Origin: a bacterium
GTDB lineage: Bacteria > UBA8248 > JACPRG01 > G963555815
Direction of reading: 5' to 3'
Length of the DNA stretch: 64,000 nt
NCBI GenBank assembly: GCA_965261595.1
Contig: CBDHDG010000003.1
Location: 160,001 to 224,000 of the forward strand
Of this stretch, positions 19,654 to 28,514 are shown piece after piece. Each line of letters starts with the position of its first letter. The stretch's first letter is position 1. A model generated the notes under the pieces. The model made no database searches. It was not told the origin of the DNA and was given only the letters and a program-made list of their open reading frames with translations. The translations under genes and the position numbers were made by a program.

Positions 19654-20155
19654 CACGCCAAATGCTCCCTTTTCAACAGAAGCGCGAAGGGGTGGCTCGA
19701 GGCCTCGGCGAATCGGCCGGCGTCGGCCACCTGATCGGCGAGTCCCCGCCCCGCGTCCGGGATGCGGTAACCGATGCCGAACCCCTTGAGGACCGGCTCG
19801 GTGGCGGCCCCCTTGTGGACGTGATAGTGGAGGGTCTCTTCGGTGTTGCCCCGGTAGCTGATGACAAAGAGGAGGGGGACCTGGTACATCCGGGCGAAAT
19901 TGATTCCGGTTCCGCTGCTCAGGAACCCGGCGTTCTGAAGGACCATGACCGCCTTGGTCCCGGTGGCCAGGGCGCCGACGCAGATGGCGACGCCTTCCTC
20001 CTCCCGGCAGGCGTTGACCGAGATCAAGTCCGGGTCGGCCTCGGCCGCCAGGCAGAGGGGCGCAATCCAGCGGTCGGGAACGTAGACGACCATCTTCGCC
20101 CCCCAGTCCTTGAGGCCCTGGAGGACCTCTTTGTACCGGCCGTCGCTTTCGTCAT
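19653..20155 (-). CDS. Decarboxylase alpha subunit (ComD-like), with an apparent single-base frameshift near the 5' end
   Basis: VPD, REEEGVAICVG, LQNAG and ISYRG motifs. The ATG at 20155 with RBS AAGGAAAG is out of frame with RYKEVLQGLKDWGAKMVVYVPD, consistent with one lost C near 20138. Confidence 0.75.
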
Positions 20156-20335
20156 GAAACCGTTGCTTTCCTTATGGAGGGGGTCGGCCCAAGGCCGATG
20201 GGCTCAGCGCTCCGCAAAATCGCCGGATTATATACCGATTTCGGGCGCGGTGCATAGCCGGTATTTCTTGGAGGGACCTACCAGCATCCCCGCGGCGGCC
20301 CGGCCTTCGGCATGGAGGATTGCCGGTCCGGCTGT

Positions 20336-21455
20336 TTAATCTTCCAGGTCGGGCGGGGCGCTGGATGGTTCGTAAGGGCAGAGGGGATCGCTCCCGAGCG
20401 GATCTCCGGTCGCCGCGTAACTCCGCGCCCGGGAGCCGCCGCAGAGGTTGCGGAACTCGCACCACCCGCACTTCCCGGCGTAGCGCCCGGTCTCCCGGAT
20501 GTTCCGGAACAGCTCGGATGAATCGGTAGAGCGCGGCGGGGCTTTCGGTGCGGACGTTCCCCGCCGCCACGGGAAGGAATCCGGAGGGGAAGACCTCGCC
20601 CACGTGGGAGACGAACAGAATTCCGTTGCCGTCGCGGATGCCGAAGCCCATCCCGATGGGGCTCCGCCGGATTTCCGCCGCGCCGCGGCCCTCGGCCCGC
20701 ATTCGCCTCAGGGCGACGCGGCGGAAATGGGGCGCCTCGGTCGTGGCGATCGGAAAGGGGGCCTCGCGGGAGCGGTCGTATAGCCAGTGAAAGAATGTCT
20801 CGCACCTCTCCGGGCTGATCTCCGGCAACTCGGCGCCCCGGCCCGTCGGGACCAGGGTGAAAAGGCTCCACCGGGCGACGTTCAACGTGGAGACCAGGGC
20901 GTAGAGCAGCTCCAGGTCTTCCAGGGTGTCGGCGGTGACGAGCGTATTGATTTGCATCGGAAGGGACTGCTCCCCTACGTCCCGCGCCGCCTCGATGGTC
21001 CGGTCGAAGCACCCCGGGACGCCGCGGAGTCCGTCGTGCCGCCCGGCCGTCGAGCCGTCGAGACTGAGCGCGACGCTCGCGACGCCCAGGGTCTTCAGCC
21101 GGCGGACGACTTCCCGCGTGAGGCTCGGGGTTCCACTGGGGGCGACGGACGTCCGCAGGCCCAGGGCCAGCGCCATTTCCAGCAGCTCGAAGAAGTCCGG
21201 CCGCTTCAGGGGGTCTCCGCCTGTCAGGACGAGGTGCGGAGCGGGCTTGCCGAAATCGAGCAAATCCTCGAGGAGCCGCCCCCCCTCGTCGGTGTTCAGC
21301 GCGTTCGGGTCCCGCTGGGGGATGGCCTCGGCGCGGCAATGCCGGCAGGCCAGGTCGCAGGCCCGGGTGAGCTCCCAGTAGACCAGCCGGGGCGAATCCT
21401 CAAAGCGTAATTGGCCGTAGGCCTCCGTCGATGTCCCGGTTACGGCTTGGTGCAT
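20336..21455 (-). CDS. Radical SAM/SPASM protein (TIGR04053, NirJ/Ahb-like), frameshifted near 20520
   Basis: WELTRACDLACRHC, TGGDPL, SLDG and TTEAPHFRR motifs. The SPASM tail GKCGWCEFRNLCGGSRARSYAATGDPLGSDPLC continues in another frame to TAA at 20336. Confidence 0.85.
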
Positions 21456-21530
21456 GGCGTTTTTCACCCTCTGCAGGAGAACTCCCGCCTTGCCGTCCGA
21501 ATCGCGGCAACCGCCGGGCAACGGGGGGCG

Positions 21531-22925
21531 TTACCGCAGCGTCATCAGGTAAGAGACCAGGCCCTGAAGCTGCTTGTCGGTCAGGCGGAAGTTGGGGACG
21601 ATGGGGTGGGCGTCCTCCATCTTGGGGTCGGAGAGCCACTTGACCAGGTGTGCGCCCTGGAGGCGGGTCGCGACTCCGCTCAGGTTGGGACCGCGAAAAC
21701 CCCGGGTGGTTGCCGCCGGCTTGCGGCCGTTCAATGCGTGGCACGAAGAGCAGGCCATCCGGTCGAACAGGGCCTTCCCCCGGGCGATCGCCTTCGGGTC
21801 GGCCGTCGGCTTGATGAGACGCGCGCCTTCGTCTTTCAGCGCCATCAGATAGGCCGAGACGGCCTGCACCTCCGGCTCGGCGAGGCGGAAGTTGGGCATC
21901 CGGGCCTTCGATCCCAGGCGATATCCGTCCGGACGGATGGTGTGGGGCTTTCGCAGGAAGTCCTTCAGCCATCTCTCGCTGACCTTGCTGCCCTCATACC
22001 GCAGGATCGGTCCCACCTTGAGCGTGCGGTGGAACCCCCGGACGTTGTGGCAGCCGGCGCAGTTGATCTCGTCCATCAGGCGGTACCCCTCGGCGGCCGT
22101 CACATTGGGGTAGCGGCGCAGGGCCTTGTAATATCCCCTGGATCTCCCCGAGACGCGGCTCATGAGGTAATCGCGGATGGAGAGCATCATCTCCTCTGCG
22201 CCTTCCATCAACGGGTCGCCGTCCTCGAAGAAGAAGTTGGGCATTTTGGTTCCGGGATAGATGGACTGCGGGTCCCGGAGGAACCGCGTCATCCAGTCGG
22301 GGTTGAGCCGGCGGTCCCGCATGTCCCGGACGATGTGTTTCGTCAGGGCCAGGGCCTCCCGGTCCGTCAGGCGGAAATCGGGCATCCGGACCTTGAGCCA
22401 CGGCCGCAAGGTGTGGGGATTCTTCAAGAAGGCGTATAACCAGTCCGCGCGGAGCTTGTCGCCGAGGAAGGTGATGTCCGGGGCGGGCATCACGTGGGCG
22501 TGGACGTGGCCTTCCTCCTCGATCCGGACGTGGCACGCGTTGCAGTGCAGGTCCTTGACGAGCTGCTTCCCCCGGGTCGCGAGCGGAGAGAGCGCCTTCT
22601 CGCTTCCGGCGTCGCCCGGGGGTTTTCCCTGTCCGTGCCCGGGCATGCCGCGCATACCCATGCCCGGCATGTCTCGCGCACCCATGCCCGGCATGCCGCG
22701 GGGCTTGACCTCTCCGGCGTCCTCGTGGGGTTGGGTCCCTTCGGCGTGTCCATGGGGTTCGGCCTTCTTGGGCGCTGTCGTTTTGGACGGGGTGGATTGT
22801 TTCTTTTTCGCGTGACCGTGACCCTCGTCCGACGAGGCGTACGGGGCGGGCATCCATGCAAGTGAGACCCACAGGGCCAGGGCAACACCCCATCGCGCCC
22901 CCGGATATCTATGCGCACCGATCAT
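21531..22925 (-). CDS. Exported multi-domain cytochrome c
   Basis: Signal peptide, three CXXCH motifs (CNACH, CAGCH, CSSCH), repeated W...P...MPxF modules, and a His/Met-rich N-terminal region. Confidence 0.88.
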   Translation of the reverse strand: MIGAHRYPGARWGVALALWVSLAWMPAPYASSDEGHGHAKKKQSTPSKTTAPKKAEPHGHAEGTQPHEDAGEVKPRGMPGMGARDMPGMGMRGMPGHGQGKPPGDAGSEKALSPLATRGKQLVKDLHCNACHVRIEEEGHVHAHVMPAPDITFLGDKLRADWLYAFLKNPHTLRPWLKVRMPDFRLTDREALALTKHIVRDMRDRRLNPDWMTRFLRDPQSIYPGTKMPNFFFEDGDPLMEGAEEMMLSIRDYLMSRVSGRSRGYYKALRRYPNVTAAEGYRLMDEINCAGCHNVRGFHRTLKVGPILRYEGSKVSERWLKDFLRKPHTIRPDGYRLGSKARMPNFRLAEPEVQAVSAYLMALKDEGARLIKPTADPKAIARGKALFDRMACSSCHALNGRKPAATTRGFRGPNLSGVATRLQGAHLVKWLSDPKMEDAHPIVPNFRLTDKQLQGLVSYLMTLR

Positions 22926-23076
22926 TTCCGTGTCCCCTTCGTTTTGGTTTTCGCTCGGCCTTACTCAGGGGCTCCGTGCCTTCCCGCCCCCCCTTGGTTG
23001 TTTTTGCCCAAGGCCTTGGAGCTCAAATGACTCCGGGTCAGGCCGGTTCAACCGCGACCACATGAATTAGAAGATA

Positions 23077-23094
23077 TTGTGAATATTTTCACAA
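23077..23094. promoter_or_regulatory. Rex-type operator
   Basis: TTGTGAA-TATT-TTCACAA matches the Rex consensus TTGTGAA-N4-TTCACAA exactly, about 150 bp upstream of the cytochrome c gene. Confidence 0.7.
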
Positions 23095-23378
23095 AGGTAT
23101 GATCTGGATCATGTTCAGCCGGTTGGGTCGGAAGGGAATGCGGGGGGAAGTCCCGGAACGATGACCGATCCCCGGACGACGCCGGGCGAGGTGGAGGGGG
23201 GGAGAGGGGATTTCTCCCGCCGGCAGGAGAAGACATGGAGGTCCGCGCCGCGTTTCCTGAAGTTTCAAGCTGGAAATGGTTGTCGGACTTCCGCGAGCTC
23301 GTGATCGAATTTTGAGATACCGACGCTGAACAAGGTCGGTAGGATGATTGGCTGGCGAATATCCAGACCATTTCCCTT

Positions 23379-23697
23379 TAACCTGCATTTCTCACAAAGC
23401 TGATGGTTTCGTGTTTCGCTTAGCGAAAGGATGGCGCGGCTTTGTCGCCTTGAAGGTGGCGAATATACGCAACGGTCGGTTTTTCGGGCGGGGACGGGGA
23501 AAACCCCTACGGGTATAAACAGGGTTTTTCGTCGTAGGGGCCGGTTTTGAGCCAGCCGTCCCGGCCCGTCACACTCCCATTGGAAACAGAATGCTGGGAC
23601 TTGGTCAGCATCCGTCCGTTGGGTCAATGATTGAAAGCTAACCGGTTCAATCGGCTTATCCCGTTCGGGTGTTTCAGGTGGTACGAAACCGAGGTTA
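23379..23697. mobile_element. MITE-like element, copy 1, with a REP-like core
   Basis: TA-flanked imperfect inverted ends TAACCTGCATTTCTCAC / TAACCTCGGTTTCGTAC. Homologous in inverted orientation to 55971-56304. Confidence 0.65.
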
Positions 23698-23865
23698 GGC
23701 ATCAGGCAGTAGGCCCAGGCCTGCACGTTCCAGCGGGAGCACCACTTCAGAGATCAGACGGAGGTATTCCTCATAATCCTATTCACAGAAAAAGGTCTCC
23801 TGCCTGCGATTGCCCTGCTGAGTGACGGGTAAGCCTGGCGCCACGACCCGTGCGATTCTTGCCAT
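23695..23865 (-). pseudogene. RAYT/Y1 (HUH) transposase N-terminal remnant
   Basis: MARIARVVAPGLPVTQQGNRRQETFFCE*DYEEYLRLIS, then a frameshift to WCSRWNVQAWAYCLMPN, cut off by the MITE just before the HUH motif. Confidence 0.8.
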
Positions 23866-23893
23866 GCACCGACTCTATGGAGGCGCAAAGCAA

Positions 23894-25327
23894 GAGTCAA
23901 TGCCATACTTAGTTGAAATTCCGGAGTGACCCCTGGGTGCATGTTAGGCCACCTCGCGCTCGTCGCTGTCAGCCCGAAGGCCGAGCGCAGAGCGGATGGC
24001 GGCCCTCAAGACCTGCAGATGCCGGCAGCCCTGGATCCGGTTCAGCCGAGGCTCGATGTCGAGGAGCGCCGTGGCCACCCAGCGCTGCTTCTGGTCGCTG
24101 TTGCGCCAGTGGTCCACCCTGTCCGTTCGCTGAGCAATGAGCGACATGATCGACTCCAAGCAGTTCGTCGTCTTCAGGCTTCTCCCCAAGATGGGACAAG
24201 ACCCCCAGGCGATGGAGCGTCAAGGTCTCCTCCAGGCCTTCGTCCAGGCTCTTCACCGCCGAGCGGTTGAGCAGCTCAAGCTCTTTGCGAAGCCTCCCGA
24301 GCGCCCCCTTGGCCCCCTCGCAAGTGGGCTCATCATAAGCCGCCTGGAGTTTCCGCCCGATGCGCCCCTGCCGGCCCTTGGGCAGGTGGCTGAGCACGCC
24401 CTCGCGCTTATGCCACTGGCAGCGCTGCACCACCGCGTGTGCCTCAAAAACCCGCCGGATCGCCGCCCGAAGGCCCTTGGAGCCGTCGATCACACAGAGC
24501 AGACCTGCCTCAGAGCGCAGCCCCCGCTCCACCAACTCCCGCAAAAACGCCGTCAACGCCCGCTCGGTCCCGGTCCCGGTCTGAACAAACCCCAACACCA
24601 CCTTTTCGCCCTGAACCGTGATGCCCAGGGCAATCACCATGAGGTCGTCCTCAAAGCGCTTGCCGTCCAGGACCAGGCCCACGAAGTCATACCCTTGCAG
24701 GGGGGGCGCTCGCAGAGATCTTTGAGCTTGCGGGCGCTGGCCCGGATGAAGCGGCGCGAGACCGCCGAGGGGGAAAGCCCAAAGGCCTCGGGCGCCGCCT
24801 CGGCGCATCCCTCATAGTCCCGACAACTCAGCCCCTTCAGCACCCGGCGGAACAGCCCGGCATCGGCCCCGCGCGGCCTCTGCAAGCGCGTGTACGTCTC
24901 CAGCGGCGCCTCCTGGCCGGTGAGGCGATTTCTGACCCGAGGAACCTGGATGGGCAGCTTCTGATCGGCCAAATACACCGAGCCTCGCTGACGGCCCCAC
25001 CGCACGTGACCGGCCAAGCCGTCCCCACGACGGCAGCGCGCCCCCGCCAAGCGTGCCACGTCCGCCTTCAGGCAATCCCCCACCGCCATCAACCCCAAAG
25101 GGATCAACGCCTGGATCAACTCGACCAACGTGTCCACCGGAGCATGCAGCGCAAAATCCGCCAACGTGACCCGCTTCGGCTCTTCACCCTTGACCTGCCT
25201 CTTCCCTCGTCGCACCATGTTCATGGAGCGTCTCCTTTCCTTCGGTGGGTGGATGTGCATCTCACACAACCCAACTCCACCACGGGGGGGCGCTCCGTCA
25301 ATTTTCAACTAAGTTTGGCATACCCTC
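23894..25327 (-). mobile_element. IS256-family element B, copy 1
   Basis: TIRs GAGGGTATGCCAAACTTAGTTGAAA / GAGTCAATGCCATACTTAGTTGAAA. Flanks CAAAGCAA / CAAAAGCAA look like a TSD with one homopolymer difference. Confidence 0.92.
23944..25224 (-). pseudogene. IS256-family transposase with two frameshifts
   Basis: Three consecutive frames give GLSCRDY / LVLDGK...VIDGSKGL...QRCQWHK / TTNCLES. Confidence 0.88.
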
Positions 25328-25348
25328 CAAAAGCAAAAGGCAAAAATT

Positions 25349-25372
25349 AAGTATGGTGTCCCTGGAATTCCC
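25349..25372 (+). repeat. RAYT-associated boundary motif AAGTATGGTGTCC
   Basis: The same motif occurs at 30458-30470 (+) and reverse-complemented at 30122-30134 and about 38612-38624. Confidence 0.65.
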
Positions 25373-25450
25373 TTGACCTGGTGGTCCCCCGCTCTAGGGT
25401 TTTGTTGGACACTCGATTGATCCATGATTCATGGAGAAAGGGGTGTCGCG

Positions 25451-25837
25451 ATGAACGAACAAAAGCAAGAGGGGGCTTTGGCGGAGGGCGCCCGCAGGGC
25501 GAACGGAGCCAAGGCCCCAGGGCATCGCAGTGAGCGGGGTCGGTTCTCCTGCCAGCGCAAGCGGGAGGCGGTCCTGCGTCTTTTGCGGGGCGAGAGCCTG
25601 GAGACGCTCTGCCGCGAGTTGGGCACGACAGCGGCTCGGCTTTCCGCCTGGCGCGAGGCGTTCCTTCGCGGGGGCGAGGCGGCGCTCAAAGCCCGCCCGG
25701 CGGATGAGCGGGACGAGGAGAACGCCCGGCTCAAGGCCAAGGTGGGCGAACTCACGATGGAGGGCGAGGTCCTGCGGGAGAAGATCGACCGCCTGGAGGC
25801 CGGCCGCCCTTTAGCCGGCAGGAGGTGGAGGCGATGA
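25451..25837 (+). CDS. IS3-family transposase OrfA (HTH)
   Basis: RKREAVLRLLRGE...CRELG...W...RLKAKVGELTME (HTH plus leucine zipper). Confidence 0.85.
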   Translation: MNEQKQEGALAEGARRANGAKAPGHRSERGRFSCQRKREAVLRLLRGESLETLCRELGTTAARLSAWREAFLRGGEAALKARPADERDEENARLKAKVGELTMEGEVLREKIDRLEAGRPLAGRRWRR

Positions 25838-26742
25838 GTCAGGCCCGCTTCACCTCCACGGGCAGAGCCTACGGCCTGAAGCGGGTGTGCGCCCTTTGGG
25901 GCTTGGCGCGCTCCACGGTCTACGCGCAACGGCGGCGAGAGGCGGTCCCCGTTCATGAACGCCCCACGCCCCATAAGCGCGGCCCTGTGGGCCCGTGCAC
26001 CGATGCGGAACTCCTCGGCCACATCCGGCAGGTCCTGGAGGACTCTCCCTTCCATGGCGAGGGCTACCGTAAGGTGTGGGCGAGGCTGCGCTTCGCGGGC
26101 ATCCGCACCAGCAAGGAGCGGGTGCGTCGCCTGATGCGGGAGGCGGGGCTTCAGGCCCCCCACCGGGTGGGCAAACCCCGAGGTCCCAAGGCCCACAACG
26201 GGACCATCCGCACCGAGCGGCCCGACCGAATGTGGGGCACGGACATGACGACGACGGTGACCACCGAGGAGGGGATGGCCTCGGTGTTCGTGGCGGTGGA
26301 TCACTGCTCGGTGGACTGCGTGGGGATCCATGCGGCCAAGAGCGGCAACCGCTTCGAGGCCCTGGAGCCGATCCGGCAGGGGGTCGCCGAGCGCTTCGCC
26401 GGCTTGGAGGCGGACGTCGCCGAGGGGCTTAAAGTTCGTCACGACCACGGCCCCGCCTATCTGTCCGATGACTTTCAGCGGGAGATCGCCTACCTGGGCA
26501 TGACCAGTTCGCCCAGCTTCGTGCGGGCGCCCGAGGGAAATGGCTACTGTGAGTGGTTTATCCGCATCTTGAAGGAGAATCTCCTGTGGGTGCGCTCTTT
26601 CGCCACCGTAGAGGAACTGCGGTGGGCGCTGCTTGAGTTCAAGAACCTGTATAACCATCATTGGATTCTCGAGGGCTACGGCTACCGAACGCCGGCCCAG
26701 GCAAGGCAGGAAAAACTCGCTCAAGTTGCGGAGGCCGCATGA
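25834..26742 (+). CDS. IS3-family transposase OrfB (rve DDE integrase core)
   Basis: GYRKVWARL, RVRRLMRE, WGTD, RHDHG, NGYCE...LKE and YN motifs. ATGA overlap with orfA. Confidence 0.88.
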   Translation: MSQARFTSTGRAYGLKRVCALWGLARSTVYAQRRREAVPVHERPTPHKRGPVGPCTDAELLGHIRQVLEDSPFHGEGYRKVWARLRFAGIRTSKERVRRLMREAGLQAPHRVGKPRGPKAHNGTIRTERPDRMWGTDMTTTVTTEEGMASVFVAVDHCSVDCVGIHAAKSGNRFEALEPIRQGVAERFAGLEADVAEGLKVRHDHGPAYLSDDFQREIAYLGMTSSPSFVRAPEGNGYCEWFIRILKENLLWVRSFATVEELRWALLEFKNLYNHHWILEGYGYRTPAQARQEKLAQVAEAA

Positions 26743-26854
26743 GGTCGAATACCCTCACCCGAGTGTCCAATAACCCAGGGGCGGTCCAAAGTTGCGGAGG
26801 CCGCATGAGGTCGAATACCCTCACCCGAGTGTCCAATAACCCAGGGGCGGTCCA
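26723..26854 (+). repeat. Perfect 66-bp tandem duplication
   Basis: AAGTTGCGGAGGCCGCATGA...CCAGGGGCGGTCCA at 26723-26788 and 26789-26854. Confidence 0.95.
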
Positions 26855-27240
26855 GTGGAGACGGGGGGATCAGTCTGTGCCGAACTCCCCTGAGTGTGCT
26901 GGTAGAGCTGAGTTTTCAAGGGATTGCGGCTTTAAGACGGCCATAGCCCCTCAATTGAGCAGATGGTTCTGCAAACAGACCCGGAATTTGTAGTAAAATC
27001 AGGCTTCCGTGATGTCACACGAGGGCAGCAGGATGGCTAAAAGTGGTCATCTGGGAAATCCCGGGTGATCACCCCCTACACTCATTCCAAACGAAACACC
27101 TAAGTTAATAGGGAAAGCTAGGTTTGGTCCAACCTTGAGATTGATTCGAGAAGACGACAATGAAGTCCGGAGCTTTAAGGAATGGATTTATTCCACGTGG
27201 AGTGGAAGAAATCCTCTATAGACGGGTGATCCTCCCCTCA

Positions 27241-27284
27241 AAAAACAGGGAGGGCGATGGGTCCACAGACCCTTCGCCCTCCCG
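27241..27284 (-). terminator. Intrinsic terminator of the binding-protein gene
   Basis: GGGAGGGCGA...TCGCCCTCCC stem followed by a T-tract on the minus strand. Confidence 0.6.
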
Positions 27285-27335
27285 CTCGAAACCCTTCTTC
27301 ACCAACCGGCGCAGCTCAGGTGTTGCGCCCGCCCC

Positions 27336-28362
27336 TTACATCTTCGGCAGCTTTGGCTTGGGGAGGTTCTTGGGCAGAAATTTCGCCGTGTAGATGTCAT
27401 CGAGCGCCGGGGGATTTTTCAACTTGTAGGCCTTGGTGATGGCCTCGAGGGTATATTTCATGACCCCGCGGTCGAAATGCCCCAGGCCGTGCTTCTTCAG
27501 GCTCCCCCACACCTGGAACCGGCTGCTGAGGTTCCAAAAACCCGCTGTCATCGAGCGGTTGGCGTCGGGGTGGAACTTCTGGAAGATGTCCACGGCCTCC
27601 TTCGGGTGCTCGATGGCCCAGGCGTTCCCCTTGAGGGTGGCGGAGAGAAAGCGTCTGATCTGGCCGGGTTTTTCCGCGATGGTCTTGTCGTGGGCCACGA
27701 TGCCGTCGGTGGGCAGCCGGATGCCGAAGTCGCTCCACAGAAACTCCACGATGCCGTCGCCCATCTTCTTTGCCTGCAACCTCAAGGGAATGCCCACCGT
27801 GGTGAACGTCCCGATGGCATCCACCTTCTTGGCCAGAAGGCTTGGGTTCTTCGCTACCGGCCGCAGAAACACCCATTTCCACTTTTTCAGTCCCACGGTC
27901 TGAGAAAACACAGCAAAGCTGCGGTGGGTAACGTCGGCGACCGCCACCCCGATGGTTTTCCCCTCGAGGTCTTTGGGGGTCCGGATGCCCGAGCTCTTGA
28001 GCATGAAGAGGGTGTACATCCCGCGCTCGTGCCAGACGGAGACCATCTTCACGGGGATATCCTTGCTGCGGGCGATCACGACGGAGCTCATGCCGTCGAT
28101 GCCGTAATCGTGCTTGCCCGCGGCCACCGAGGTGGCGGCTGACCCGAAGCCCCGGTCGAGGGTCACGTCGAGCCCTTCGGCCTTGTAATATCCTTTTTCC
28201 CTGGCGGCGAAATACCCGGCGAACTTCCCGTAGGAGACCCAATCAAACTGAAAGCGGCACCTTCTCTGCGGCCGACGCCTTCGCAGGGAAGAACCCTGTA
28301 TCGGTCATCCCGAAAAATGCGAAAATGATCACAAGAGCCGATACGAGATAGTCTTTTCTCAT
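27336..28362 (-). pseudogene. NMT1/THI5-like ABC substrate-binding protein with a +1 frameshift near 28256
   Basis: Signal peptide MRKDYLVSALVIIF...ASAAEKV, then out of frame RFQFDWVSYGK...KGYYKAEGLDV...GFGS...PKDLEGK. Paralogous to 54851. Confidence 0.8.
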
Positions 28363-28514
28363 CGCCTTACCCCTCCTTCATCAAACCCGCTCTCTTCGTT
28401 GGGCGACCCTCGGGAGTCAAGCGTGAGACCACCCCCCCGGAGAGTCGACACAGACCTTCCCCTTTTCTATCAGCCGGAATTCCCCATTTCAAATCCGGAA
28501 AGGCCTGAATTGAC

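Larger units (their letters stand above)
25382..26854 (+). mobile_element. IS3-family element with a tandemly duplicated right end
   Basis: orfA/orfB pair. Inverted ends TGG...GGGTT..TTGGACACTCG / CGAGTGTCCAATAACCCAGGGGCGGTCCA. The left boundary is uncertain by a few bp. Confidence 0.8.

Noticed and set aside
26723..26854. CRISPR-like or VNTR coding repeat
   Set aside because: There is no spacer, and it is the duplicated IS3 terminus.
26920..27240. Possible transposase or gene remnant (MAKSG...) in a lower-GC patch
   Set aside because: Too short and without a diagnostic motif to assign.
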